From Neoconidiobolus thromboides FSU 785 (Eukaryota > Fungi > Entomophthoromycota), in contig MU626363.1 of the NCBI GenBank assembly GCA_025603075.1, positions 11,459 to 75,458 of the forward strand: 64,000 bases of DNA, read 5' to 3'. Positions within the stretch are counted from its first letter, which is position 1. Each line of letters starts with the position of its first letter. Shown piece after piece: positions 23,791 through 36,080 of this stretch. The notes under the pieces are model-generated. The model ran no database searches. It was not told where the DNA came from and was given only the letters and a program-made list of their open reading frames with translations. The translations under genes were made by a program, and so were the position numbers.

Positions 23791-25425
23791 ATAGAAGTGT
23801 CTTCTATAGATACTCAAATTGATGATGCTTTTAGCGTCCATAACAGCGAAAAACAATTAGAAAGTCAAGCTTCAATAAATCCTTCCAAGCTCGATCAACC
23901 AAAAGTTGAAGTATCAAAAACAAGATTCCTTTTAATTATGTTAGGTTTGGTTTTGTCAATATTTGTAGCAGCCCTAGATACTACTATTATTGCTACTTCT
24001 TTAGCAAACGTTACCTCTGATTTTAATGCTTTTGACCAAGTAACTTGGGTTACTACTTCTTATTTATTATCTTCTACCGCTTTCCAACCATTATATGGTA
24101 AATTTTCTGATATCTTTGGTCGACGTGATGTTATGTTATTTGCCCTTGGTGTCTTTTTAGTTGGTTCAGTACTATGTAGTGCTGCACAAACTATTGAGGT
24201 TTTAATTATTTGTCGTGCTATTGCTGGTATCGGTGTTGGTGGTCTTATATCTCTTTCAGTTATTATTATATCCGATATTGTTTCACTAAGGAAGAGGGGG
24301 TTATATATGGGTATGGTTAGAGCTAATTTTGCTGTTGCTTCAGTTGTTGGTCCATTGATAGGTGGTGCTCTTACCGAAGAAGCTAGCTGGAGGTGGTGTT
24401 TTTACATTAACATTCCAATTTGTCTACTAGCTATGTTTGTTATAGGCTTTTTTCTTCGTTTACCTACATCTAAACAAAACATGAAAGAAAAGTTATCTAG
24501 AGTCGATTATTTAGGTTCAGCCACCTTACTCATCTTTACTTCACTTATAGTATTGGGCTTAAATTGGGGTGGACAACAATATCCCTGGAACTCTACAGCA
24601 GTTGTTGTTTCGCTCTGTTTAGGTATTGCCTTCTTACTCCTTTTTATTTTCTTCCAATGGAAAGTATCTAAAGAGCCAATCATACCAGGGCATGTTTTAG
24701 TTCGTAATGTTATATCTGCAGATTTCACAGCCTTCTTTAATGGGTGTATGCTTTTTTCAACTGTTACTTATTTACCATTATATTATCAAATTGTACATGA
24801 GGAATCATCCATTAACTCAGCCTTAGAACTTTTGGCTACCATGTTGGAGGTAGTCTTCTGCTCAACAGGTTCTAGTATTTTTATTGTTAAAACTGGTATC
24901 TATCGCCCTCTTTCTATAACTGGTGCTGGTATTGGTGTTATTGGCACTTGTCTTATGGGATCTTTAATGAGGGTTGATATTTCAAGGGCAGAATTGATAA
25001 TTTTTTCTTTGTTTATCGGATTGGGCATAGGGCTTTGTATTCAAGTCAACACAATTGCATCACAAGTAGCTGTTGATATGAAAGATGCAGCCATTGTAAC
25101 ATCATTGGTAAGTTTTTCACAATCTTTAGACGGAGTAATAGGAATGGCAGTGTTAGGAGCAGTATATCAAAACGTATTAGCTTCCTCCTTAGCTAAAAAT
25201 GCACCAACTGTCAATATTGGATCTTTATTTCAATCATCGACTTATATTCAAACTTTGACACCAGAACTTAGAGCCGTAGTAGTTCAATCTTATGTTGATG
25301 GTTTCCACTCTATGTTTTTAACTGGGATTGCTTTCTTTTCTGTCTCATTTATAGCTCCACTTTGTTTAAAGCATATCCCTTTAAAAAATCGCGGGCCTTT
25401 AGTTCCACAGGAAAATTTAAAATAA
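23791..25425 (+). CDS. MFS drug:H+ antiporter, DHA2 (14-TMS) family; in-frame ATG missing, possibly decaying
   Basis: AALDTTII, YGKFSDIFGRR, GPLIGGAL..WRWCFYINIPI motifs; intronless ORF; the expected start reads aaacATAgaa (23791). Confidence 0.85.
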   Translation: MEVSSIDTQIDDAFSVHNSEKQLESQASINPSKLDQPKVEVSKTRFLLIMLGLVLSIFVAALDTTIIATSLANVTSDFNAFDQVTWVTTSYLLSSTAFQPLYGKFSDIFGRRDVMLFALGVFLVGSVLCSAAQTIEVLIICRAIAGIGVGGLISLSVIIISDIVSLRKRGLYMGMVRANFAVASVVGPLIGGALTEEASWRWCFYINIPICLLAMFVIGFFLRLPTSKQNMKEKLSRVDYLGSATLLIFTSLIVLGLNWGGQQYPWNSTAVVVSLCLGIAFLLLFIFFQWKVSKEPIIPGHVLVRNVISADFTAFFNGCMLFSTVTYLPLYYQIVHEESSINSALELLATMLEVVFCSTGSSIFIVKTGIYRPLSITGAGIGVIGTCLMGSLMRVDISRAELIIFSLFIGLGIGLCIQVNTIASQVAVDMKDAAIVTSLVSFSQSLDGVIGMAVLGAVYQNVLASSLAKNAPTVNIGSLFQSSTYIQTLTPELRAVVVQSYVDGFHSMFLTGIAFFSVSFIAPLCLKHIPLKNRGPLVPQENLK

Positions 25426-26079
25426 GTTAATTTGCTAATATCGTATCATTTATCCACAACATAGATTGGTAATTTAATTAATCTTATGAATAAACTCGAC
25501 TGTTTTCAACAACTCTTTCTATTATTATTTTTTAATATTTTACAATGTAAGTTTTATCGAGTAATGAATCAATATTATCCATATAGTCTAAGTTGTATGA
25601 ATTTTTAATCATTAAGTACAAAATATATAGCGATTGTATTCTATTAATACAAATTATTTGGCATCTAAATCATAAAAACATGAGTCTTCTGGATAGAATT
25701 ATGGACACTTTACTGAAAATGTAATGCAACATAACATTTTTTAGGCATTATGTATAAGACTGTTTTTATATACAAGCTTATTTTATAATTACAGTGTATT
25801 GAATATCTAAATTTAAAAATGATTATTATTAAAAAATGAATATAGAGTCCATTTCGCCACTCAAAAGTACTCTATGGAGCCATTTCTTTAAATAAATCAC
25901 TGCTTACCCTTTTGGGATCAAGTAGGCTTAAAAAAGATTGTGAATACCTCCAAAAACATTATTATAGCACTTTGGAAACTATAATTTACTTATAATAGCT
26001 TAAATTAATATTAAGATAAATAGTTTTGAAAATTTTATTTCTAATAAATATATTTCGGTACTTTAAAAATACATTAAAA

Positions 26080-29000
26080 CTAGCAAGTTGTTATATCGGT
26101 TTCTGAAGAACTACAGCCATTACGCGAGTTCCTACAAAACCATCCAAAATAAGATTTTGACCAGCATTTAGGAGTACCATAGGAATAGCGATAATAAGAG
26201 CGTCCATAGCTATCATAGCATTTATCGTAATTTGCAGGACAATTGTTAGGAGGTTGAATAGAACAAGTTTTAATATCAACTTGATCTTTAACACAAGAAG
26301 CACCAGATTTAAAGGAGCAAGACCAACCATAATTAGTTTTAGTCCAGCAAGTAGGAACAAATGATTCAGATGCATAGAAATAATAGTAACCATACCAACA
26401 GTAATCATTTTTTGTTGGGCACGTCACAGGTGGTTTTGGAAAAGAGCAGGTTGAAATATCCTTTTCTCCTTTAAGTGCATTACATTGGCCGTTAACTTTG
26501 GCAATACAACTCCATCCATTTGCGTTAGCTGCCCAGCAGCTTGGTGCATTGATACTGCTAGGGCTAAATTGTTGTCCTTGGAAATTACAAATATCGGTGG
26601 AAGTTGGACATTTAGGAACAGGTGGGGGTGAAATATTACATGCCTTAATATCTAATTGTCCTTTAGAATTGTCACATTTAGAGTTAAAGTCTCCTTGACA
26701 ACTCCATCCCGAAGAGGTCTTAGACCAACATTTTGGTGCATTTGGGTCATTGGCTGTGAATCCTGCACTTCCAGAATTACAGGTATCGGTGGCCTTTGGA
26801 CAATCTGGGATTGGAGGTAGAATATTACATGTTGTGATATCTAATTGGTTAATAGTAGCATCACATTTACCATTTGAGCCATTCAAACAGATCCATGTGC
26901 CAGATGATGATTTAGACCAACATTTTGGCACATTTAGATCATTTGCTTTGAAGCTTGTAGTACCAGAAGAACAAGCTTCCGTGGCTTTTGGACAATCTGG
27001 GATTATAGCTGGAGGAATATTACATGATTTAATATCTAATTGACCTTTAGAAATATCACACATGGTATTTAAGTTTCCTTGGCAAATCCACCCAGAAGTA
27101 GTTTTAATCCAACATTTTGGTGCATTTAGGCTGTTTGCAGCAAAAATAACATCACCGGATTTACAGGTATCGATGGCTTTTGGACAATTCGGGATTGGAG
27201 GCGGGATATTGCAAGTTGAGATATCTAACTGACCCTTTGAGGTGTCGCATGTAGGATTAGAATTCCCTTGACAACTCCATCCGAGGGTAGTTTTTGACCA
27301 ACATCTTGGAGCGTTCGGATCATTGGCTGCAAATGTGACATTACCATTTGAGCAAATATCTGTAGCTTTTGGGCAGGCAGGAATTGGTAGAGGAAGGTTA
27401 CACGTACTAATGTCTAATTGGCCTTTTGAGGAATCACAAGCAATTTTAACACTTCCTTGACAGTTCCATCCTGAAATAATCTTTGACCAGCACTTTGGTA
27501 CATTTGGATCGTTAGCAACAAATGTGGAATTACCATTTGAGCAAGCGTCAGTAGCTTTTGGACAAGCAGGGATTGGGGGTGAGATATTACATGTTGTAAT
27601 ATCTAACTGCCCTTTACTAGTGTCACATCCAAAGTTATTAGATATTCCACAGGTCCATCCAGAAGTGGATTTAGACCAACATTTTGGTGCATTTGGATCA
27701 TTAGCGGCAAATACGGCATTACCATTTGAACATGTTTCCACAGCTTTTGGACAAGTAGGAACTGGAGGTGGGATATTACAAGAATTGATATCTAATTGGC
27801 CTTTAGCAACGTCGCATTTAGCGTTAGTAGCTACTTGGCATATCCACCCTGTAGTAACTTTAGACCAACATCTTGGTACATTTGGATCATTGGCCAAAAA
27901 CGTTCTGGTACCAGAGCTACAAGTTTCGGTAGGTTTTGGGCATGTAGGAATTAGAGGTGGAATATTGCAAGTTGATATGTTCAATTGGCCTTTGGTAGCA
28001 TCACAAATATCACTAGCACTTCCTTGGCAAATCCATCCTGAAGTAGACTTTGACCAACACTTTGGAGCATTTGGATCATTAGCTGTAAAAGCTGTAGTAC
28101 TAAAATCACATGTTTCTGTTGGCTTTGGACAAGTGGGAATTGGTGGCGGAAAATTACATGTAATAATATCTAATTGGCCTTTCATGGCATCACATGCAAC
28201 ACCAGCACTTCCTTGACAAACCCAACCAGAAGATGATTTCATCCAACAATGAGGAGCATTTTGATTGTTAGCTACAAATGATTCAAATCCGTTTGAACAA
28301 ATATCAGTTGCTTTAGGACATGTAGGTACTGGAGGTGGAATATTACAAATACTGATGTCTAGTTGGCCTTTTGAAGAGTCGCAAATAGTATTAGTATTCC
28401 CTTCGCAATTCCATCCAGAGGCTGTCTTTGACCAGCATTTTGGTACGTTTGGACTATTCGCGCTAAAAATAAGAGTACCATTTGTACATGTGTCAGTGGC
28501 TTTTGGGCAATCTGGAACTGGAGGTGGGATATTACATGTTGTAATATTCAGTTGGCCTTTATTAATGTCACATCCAGCATCAGTACTTGGTTGGCAAGCC
28601 CATCCTAAATTAGTCTTAAACCAACATAACGGAGCTTTTGGATCATTTGCTAAGAAGGTTTTGGTACTGGAAACACATGTTTCGATTGCTTTTGGGCACG
28701 CTGGAATTGGTGGCGGAATGTTACAAGTAGATATATTTAATTGACCTTTCAAGGGATCACAGACACCACTAATGCTTACTTGGCAGATCCACCCTGAAAT
28801 AGTTTTTGACCAACAACTAGGTGCTGTTGGATCATTAGCAACAAAGGTAGAACTACCATTGATACATGTGTCTGTGGCCTTCGGACAAATTGGAATTGGA
28901 GGTGGAAGATTACAAGCAGTAACGTCCATTTGACCTTTGGCAGCATCACATGAATTATTGATTTTATCTGAACATTGCCACCCATCGATTCCCTTTATCC

Positions 29001-29328
29001 AACATAAAGGTGCTGTTGGATCGTTTGGTTTTAATAGAATGTTATTAACTTTACACACATCTGATACGAGGGGACAAACTGGTTTAGGCGTTGGATTGGT
29101 ACAACTTTTAATATCAACTTGATTAAAAGCTACATTACATATACCGTTATTCCTGGAATAACACTTCCAGCTTGTGCCAACGCTTAACCAACATGGGGGT
29201 ACAGCTGGATCAGTATATTTGAAAGTCTTAAAACCTACTTGACAGGAGTCGGTAGGCAGTGGACATTTTTGAGAAAATACTGAGGTTAGCGCTATTAACT
29301 GTAAAGTTAATAGAATGAAGTTTTTCAT
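26080..29328 (-). CDS. secreted six-cysteine tandem-repeat protein, paralog 2 (17 units)
   Basis: Likely start at the ATG at 29328 (MKNFILLTLQLIALTSVFSQ signal peptide) rather than 29412; 17 consecutive ~63-aa units with 6 Cys each; the last two are Tyr-rich; no TM or GPI tail; intronless. Confidence 0.92.
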   Translation of the reverse strand: MKNFILLTLQLIALTSVFSQKCPLPTDSCQVGFKTFKYTDPAVPPCWLSVGTSWKCYSRNNGICNVAFNQVDIKSCTNPTPKPVCPLVSDVCKVNNILLKPNDPTAPLCWIKGIDGWQCSDKINNSCDAAKGQMDVTACNLPPPIPICPKATDTCINGSSTFVANDPTAPSCWSKTISGWICQVSISGVCDPLKGQLNISTCNIPPPIPACPKAIETCVSSTKTFLANDPKAPLCWFKTNLGWACQPSTDAGCDINKGQLNITTCNIPPPVPDCPKATDTCTNGTLIFSANSPNVPKCWSKTASGWNCEGNTNTICDSSKGQLDISICNIPPPVPTCPKATDICSNGFESFVANNQNAPHCWMKSSSGWVCQGSAGVACDAMKGQLDIITCNFPPPIPTCPKPTETCDFSTTAFTANDPNAPKCWSKSTSGWICQGSASDICDATKGQLNISTCNIPPLIPTCPKPTETCSSGTRTFLANDPNVPRCWSKVTTGWICQVATNAKCDVAKGQLDINSCNIPPPVPTCPKAVETCSNGNAVFAANDPNAPKCWSKSTSGWTCGISNNFGCDTSKGQLDITTCNISPPIPACPKATDACSNGNSTFVANDPNVPKCWSKIISGWNCQGSVKIACDSSKGQLDISTCNLPLPIPACPKATDICSNGNVTFAANDPNAPRCWSKTTLGWSCQGNSNPTCDTSKGQLDISTCNIPPPIPNCPKAIDTCKSGDVIFAANSLNAPKCWIKTTSGWICQGNLNTMCDISKGQLDIKSCNIPPAIIPDCPKATEACSSGTTSFKANDLNVPKCWSKSSSGTWICLNGSNGKCDATINQLDITTCNILPPIPDCPKATDTCNSGSAGFTANDPNAPKCWSKTSSGWSCQGDFNSKCDNSKGQLDIKACNISPPPVPKCPTSTDICNFQGQQFSPSSINAPSCWAANANGWSCIAKVNGQCNALKGEKDISTCSFPKPPVTCPTKNDYCWYGYYYFYASESFVPTCWTKTNYGWSCSFKSGASCVKDQVDIKTCSIQPPNNCPANYDKCYDSYGRSYYRYSYGTPKCWSKSYFGWFCRNSRNGCSSSETDITTC

Positions 29329-30263
29329 TTGAAAGATTCTTTTAGTTATTTTAAAGGGGTTTTGTTTCTTTATATTTATGATTTGGTTGATAAAATTAGG
29401 CTTTAATGGCATTAATATTTAAAGTTGATGTAGGCTATCTTTTTAAGGCTTAATTATTGTGACTTTTTAGTAAGATTTAAAGTGACTGAAATTAATTGAC
29501 AGTTTACTATTTTTAAATTATAATTAAGTTGTTATATTCAGTGATTTCGGAGAAACGTTATATAATTAATTTACTAAAAAATTTATATAATCATAATCAT
29601 AACAAAGATTTAAAATAAAAGATTTAAAAAAATTTAATTACAACTTTAATGTTTCAAAACAGGGGCTTTATAATTTATCGCTTAAATTCCTAATAAATGT
29701 TTAATATTTTTTATTTAAGCCATTTTTTTAGTCTAGAGCTCTAATTTTGAACTATATAAATTAAAATAAATTTTATGATTAGCTTGATCTATAAATAATT
29801 TGAAATAGAATGCCCTTAAAGTAGAGTATAATAACTTTTAGAATAATTTAATTAAATATTATTGTAATAAAGTAAAGATGATAATAAAAGTAAATTAAGG
29901 CGTAATATTGCAAACGCCAAATGATAAGCTGTAAACTACATACCTTGAAAGGCCTTTAACAACAAAATTTTATAATATGAAGAGTAAATTTTATAAATAT
30001 TGATCTTTTATATTAATCTTAAAGAGATTAACAAATATAATTATAGGCATTAACATGACTAAAAATTAAGCTATTATTTATAAGCACTGGTATTTTAGAT
30101 TACTTGTATTTTTTATAACTTTAAACAGAATTAATTTTGAGATCAAAATAGCTATTAATAACTTAAACAAAAAAACATCTCCGTTTATTTAATGGGTATT
30201 TGTTTTTGAAATTCATTATTAAAACAGCAAGACATTATACTTTATATTGATAAAAAATTTCAT

Positions 30264-30354
30264 GATTTCGTCACTTTTTCCATTTTTAAGCGCCATTTGA
30301 ACAGAAAGGTTGTTAGTAAATTCTTTACTCAAATGAAACAAAAAAAACATCCCC
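30264..30354 (-). mobile_element. MITE family A truncated/chimeric copy
   Basis: Core identical to the 30474 copy over about 55 nt; ends in right-arm type TGAAACAAAAAAAACATCCCC. Confidence 0.7.
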
Positions 30355-30473
30355 AAATAGTTTATAAAAAAGTTAATACAGTGCATTCATGCTATGACTT
30401 TTGTAATATTAAAAATTGAAAAAACAGGTTAAGTTGGTTTTAAAACCACGAACTATTTTTCCTCTCACTATAT

Positions 30474-30570
30474 GGGGGCGTTTTTTTGATTTCGTCACTT
30501 TTTCCATTTTTAAGCGCCATTTGAACAGAAAGGTTGTTAGTAAAGCTCTTAAACACAAAAATACATCCCT
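30474..30570 (-). mobile_element. MITE family A copy
   Basis: GGGGGCGTTTTTTTG...AATACATCCCT; ATAT on both flanks. Confidence 0.85.
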
Positions 30571-31665
30571 ATATCAATAACAAAAATAGACTCTTATCAA
30601 ACAATACACATCTAAATGAGGGTTACTTTATTACGGTTTATTGTTATCTTTAGGAAATCGGATTGTAATTTTCCTTATAAACCCATATGTTAAACAATAC
30701 TAAAAGAGATGATTATTTAGCTTTTGCAGCCTAGGGAAGTATATACATTGACCTCTTTGTTTACCTTTACAGCCTTTTTATTTTTTATATCCATTTACTA
30801 TAATTGAGTTTAAGTAAGGTCCTTTTTTACATTGATAATGTTTAGTAAAAATAAATAAAATAGCTTTTTATACACTCTCTAACAAAATTGATCAAATTTT
30901 TTTTAGAAAATAAATTCTGGATAATTATTAGTTGTATATATTGATAAATAAAGTTACCAGGTACTATAAGCATCAATATTGTCAAAAACTGATAAATAAT
31001 ATTTATAAGCTCCTATGCTACAATTTACTTATATTTTCATAATATTAGTTCAAATTGAAAGACTTTGAAATTAAAAGTAGGGTATATTGAAGATCTATAT
31101 GAGCAGTAATACACCATTTTGTTTTAGTTTAAGCTGTTTTACTATATAGTTGTCGTAAAATTTAATTTTAAAAGTTGAGTTAATTAAAACTTCAATTTGA
31201 AAAAAGTTTATTTAATTAAAGTTTCTAAATTGAAAAATAAAATAAAAACCAAAGAAAACTTCAATCCACAAGTCAAACTCTAAAAACTCTATTCATTAAA
31301 CTTAAGTTTTAATCAAAAAGGATACTTTTTCAAAAGATTTAGTTCCAAGAAACCTTAGCAAAGTGTACGTTAATTGGCTCAAAAACTTAACGGCTAAATT
31401 TTTAAAGTTTTAGTTGGAGCAAAAGTCAACTAAAGGATTAGTATTAGCTACTAAGTTCCATGTGATTTGCTGGTTCAAACGGTGGGTAATTCCACCATCA
31501 TGGTTTTTATATAGTAACACGAAAGACCAATAAACGAAGGAGTAGGATAAGATGTATCCACTTTAATTTGACAAATAGGAATAGTAAAGATTAAGAAATG
31601 AAGTAGCTTTTATAAATTAAAATAGTTATCCACTTTTAATAGTTTTAAAGCTTAATTTTTATAAA

Positions 31666-32957
31666 ATGAAAAAAAAAGTTACTAATACTCAAAAATTACA
31701 GCCCATTCCACTACCATCAACTCAAACTCACTTTGAATTTTTTGTAGCTCATCAATTAGGTAACAATTTTATAATATAATCACGATCATAATCATAACTA
31801 ATCTTACTTTAGAACTTTCACTTACTCTAATAACTTTAATATTATTTGGCTATGGTTTAGAGTTACCTTATTTTAATTATTTTGTAAAGATCCAAGGCAA
31901 AACGATAAATGGATTATATGAAAAGACATGGATGGATTTGGCTTTTATCTTTTTTTATTTTTTAGTATTCACTTTTTTACGTACATTTTTATTGGATTAT
32001 GTATTCGTTCCTTTTATTCGCTGGTATGGTGTCAAGAGTAAAGGAAAACAAGAGAAGTTTAAAGAGCAAGCATTTTCAAGCTTGTTTTACACAATTTCTT
32101 GGCTATCTGGGATGGTAAGTTTTTATTGTTATTAAGATATAGTTTATTTCATATTGATACTAAAATTCGTGATTTAGCATTTGTTAGTCAGTAGTGATTA
32201 TTATATGAACCTTGAAAATTTATGGAGAGGCTATCCACACTTGGAACTGGATTTTTATTTTAAAACGTATTATTTAGTTCAAATGAGTTATTGGCTTCAA
32301 CAAATGTACTTTGTACAAATTGAAGTTAGGAGAAAAGATTATTTGAATATGATTAGTCATCATGTTATCACCAATTCTTTAGTTGTATTTTCTTACATTA
32401 CAAATTATACTAGAGTTGGCCATGTTATGCTTGTACTAATGGATTTTGCAGATATTTTCCTTTCGGTAAGTTTTATAGTCTAGTTTCGAATATGGTTATT
32501 AATCAATTATAAATACTTAAAAGACAGCTAAAGTATTGAATTATCTACGATTGAAGCTTATTTGTGATATTACTTTTACAATCTTTTTTATTTCTTGGAT
32601 AGCTTCAAGGCATATTGGGTTCGGTATGGTTATGTGGAGTATTATGTTTGATCCAGAAAAAGTAAACCCAAATGAGAAGTGGGATCCTAAAAATGGTATC
32701 TTTTACACTTCTAATACAAGACGTTTCTTTTTGGTTTTGTTAACAGCACTACAAATATTGATGTTTGTTTGGCTTTGGATGATTTTACGCGTACTTATTA
32801 AAGTAATTGTTGGTACTGGTGCAGAAGATGTTAGAAGTTCAGATGAAGAGTAAGTTTTATACTGATTTGTTTAAATAAATATTTATTTGTTAATTTATTT
32901 ATTAGTGATGATGTTGAACATGAAACAAAGGTTTTGAATGAGAAGAAAAAAGCTTAA
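31666..32957 (+). CDS. LAG1: ceramide synthase (sphingosine N-acyltransferase), LAG1/LAC1 TLC-domain family, multi-exon
   Basis: Lag1 motif RRKDYLNMISHHVIT..YTRVGHVMLVLMDFADIFL; C-terminal GAEDVRSSDEDD; exons linked by GT-AG introns from the ATG at 31666 to the TAA at 32957. LAG1 vs LAC1 is not resolved. Confidence 0.88.
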
Positions 32958-33657
32958 CTTTTTTATTGAAAATGACAAGTAAAAAAGAATAACAATTAAC
33001 TAATCTGGGTTTACTATATATAATTTTAATTAGACGTATTGGACTAATCTTTAATTTCTTCCGTAAAAACAAATTTCTTATGGGGCTCTACCTTAATTTT
33101 AGTATAAATCTTTTTTTTGAAATTTTATTATTTTTACTTCTTGCTATTTTTTATATTGTTTTTTGGAGAGTTCTATTACTATCAATGATGGTGCCATTAT
33201 CGTTGATAGCAGATAGAAGGCCTCTTACCTTTATATAATGTATACTAGGATGTGTTTCTTTGCTTTAATATTTGATCAATAGTTTCTTCAAGCTTCTATT
33301 GCATAAGCAATAGACAAATAAATGAACTTAAAAGATTTACATATCAAACTGTTTATTTGTGTATGAAATGGGAATGTAGTTTTTAGTCTCATTTCATTAT
33401 CTATCTTTTAGTATTTGATTACAAATTTTTCAAGCTTTTTTATGTAAAGTAAAGAATATTTATATATTTTTGAATGACTCATACTTTGAATACTGCTTTG
33501 ATTGATATTTTTCTGTTTAGTTTGTATATCGTTTATTACATTGAGTAAACCTCAAATTAATATCAATGCTTCGCAGGACAATATTATTAGTATTTTGATG
33601 AGTTATTCAATGTTGATAGTCCACAGAAGATAGTGAGTTACTTGATATTGACAATAT

Positions 33658-33754
33658 GGGAATGATTTTGGATTTCATTACTTTTTCCACCTTTTAAGCG
33701 CTATTTGAGTGGAAAGATTGTAGTAAAATTCTTAAACAAAAAAAACACATCCCC
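33658..33754 (-). mobile_element. MITE family A copy
   Basis: GGGAATGATTTTGG...ACACATCCCC; ATAT on both flanks. Confidence 0.85.
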
Positions 33755-33901
33755 ATATACTATACTATACAACATTACTAGCAATTTTTTTAAAGAGTTA
33801 AAATCAACTCAAAAAACAATGATTTGACAGAATTTAAACTCAAACTAAAGAAATCAAAATCTTTAAAAACGCTTAACTTATTTTTTTGAAAAAAAAGCAA
33901 T

Positions 33902-35688
33902 ATGGGACCAGAAAATAATTCATCACCTACAGCTACCAGTAATAATACTAGTAACATGACTTCGCCAGCCATATCAAATATAAAATCCCCTCAACCAAGT
34001 GAGAATAATGAAGTAAGAAAAAGTAATAAAGAAATGACTAAAGCTGAGAGAAGAGCACTTCAGGTAAGTTATTAATAGCTTATCAAAAGAAATTCTTTAA
34101 TTAAAATCATTTGGAAATCTAGGAAAAACAACGTGCCGAAAAAGAAGCTAAAAAGCAAGGAAGTTCCAGTAATACAATTTCTAAGCAAAATAAAAAAAAT
34201 GAAGGAACAAAAGCTAATACAACTCCATCAAACAAATCACTCAAATTGGAGGCTCCTATGAATGCTCAGTCCAAAGATAAAATTAAAGAGAAATCTTCTG
34301 AAGCCTCAAAACTTCAAGGTTTATCTTTATTTAAACATCTAGAAACATCGACCAAATCTAGTAATATATCCATTAAAGATGTTCATCCAGCTATTATTGA
34401 ATTAGCTAGTCAATTTAAAGATTATTTAATCTGTGGTTCGAACGCTCGTTGTATAGCTATGTTACAAGCATTTAAACAAGTAATTACGGATTATATGACA
34501 CCACCACATACTCCATTATGTCGTCATTTAGTTGCTCATTTATCCCCTCAAATTACTTATTTAGTTACGGCTAGACCAATGTCAGTGACTATGGGCAATG
34601 CTATTAGATATTTAAAAACTGAAATATCTACAGTGGATCCAGATTTACCAGAAGATCAAGCAAAGAAATATTTATGTGAAAGTATTGATCAATTTATTAT
34701 TGATAGGATAACAGCAGCAGATGTTATTATTGCAGAAAATGCGATGGGTAAAATCAAAGAAGGAGATGTGATTATGATTTATGGAAGGTAAGTTAAAATA
34801 ATGACAATAATAATTTTGAATATTAAGTTTGTTAATGGTATTTTTTAAATTAGCTCTTCTGTAGTATTACAGGTTTTGGAATCAGCTATTAAAAAAAAGA
34901 TACAGTTTAGAGTTATTGTAGTAGATGCTGGACCTAGGTTCGAAGGTAATTACTAAGGAGCTTATTTTTGATAAGGATAATGACACTAATAAATAAATTT
35001 AAATTAGGTAAACATATGTTAAGAAAATTAGTTGAATTGGGAATTGAGTGTAGTTATATATTATTACATGGGGTAGCTTATATTGCTAAAGAGGTAAGTA
35101 TTAATTATTATCAATATCAATATATAACATTGTAAGTTGAGAAAGGAAGAAAATGTAGAAAGAGGATATTAATAATAATATTGTATTTATTTTAGGCTAC
35201 CAAAGTGTTTTTAGGTGCTCATGGTTTATTTTCAAATGGTACTTTATTATCTAGAGCGGGTACTGCTATTGTTGCTATGACTGGTTATGATCAAAAAATA
35301 CCCGTAATTGTATGTTGTGAGACATATAAATTTAGTGAGAAAGTACAGTTAGATTCCATTGTTTGGAATGAAATTGGTAAGTTATTAACTAATTAATAAT
35401 TAGATCATATTGATTTAATATTAATATTAACATTTTATATTATTTATAGGTAACCCAGAAGATTTAATTACTACAAATAATAATCCATTTTTATCCAACT
35501 CTAATAATATTACTGATGATAAATTTAATTTGGAAAGTTTTAAAACAATGAATAATGTATTTGGCTTAAATTTGTTATATGATTTAACACCACCTCATTA
35601 TATTTCTATGGTTATTACAGAAGTAGGTATGATTCCTTGTACTTCAGTACCAGTGGTATTACGTGAATATGGTACTTTAATGCAATAA
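33902..35688 (+). CDS. GCD2: translation initiation factor eIF2B subunit delta, multi-exon
   Basis: [10 protein letters not shown]|[75 protein letters not shown]. Confidence 0.92.
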
Positions 35689-36080
35689 ATTAAAGAGTGA
35701 AGTAAAAGAGAGTATATCAGACATATCACAAAGGAGGAAGTTAATAAATAGATTTATTATGTAACTTATAATTTTTTTTATTTAAAGTAGATAGTCAGTT
35801 TTTTATCAAATATTAGATTATTGAGTTATATATTGATGACTATAATATAAAACTATTTTATATTTTTTTTAAATTAAATATATTTTACTTAAATGTATTC
35901 ATTTTTAATTGATTTCTAATAAAGATTAATAAATTTAAACTTAGCTTTAAATTCTCGATGTTGATTGGTTAATGATTCAATTATAAATTTCAGCTACCTT
36001 ATTTTTAATCGAAAATAATAAATCTAATTTCATTTGATTTTATATACCAGTTACTATTTCTTTAATCATAAAAATTAAAA

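Noticed and set aside
26091-29122. Several + strand ORFs (up to 230 aa) inside Cys-repeat gene 2
   Set aside because: Antisense shadows repeating with the same ~189-bp period as the real gene.
29329-29412. First 28 codons of the 1110-aa ORF
   Set aside because: Low-complexity AT-rich leader; the signal peptide begins at the ATG at 29328, matching paralog 1.
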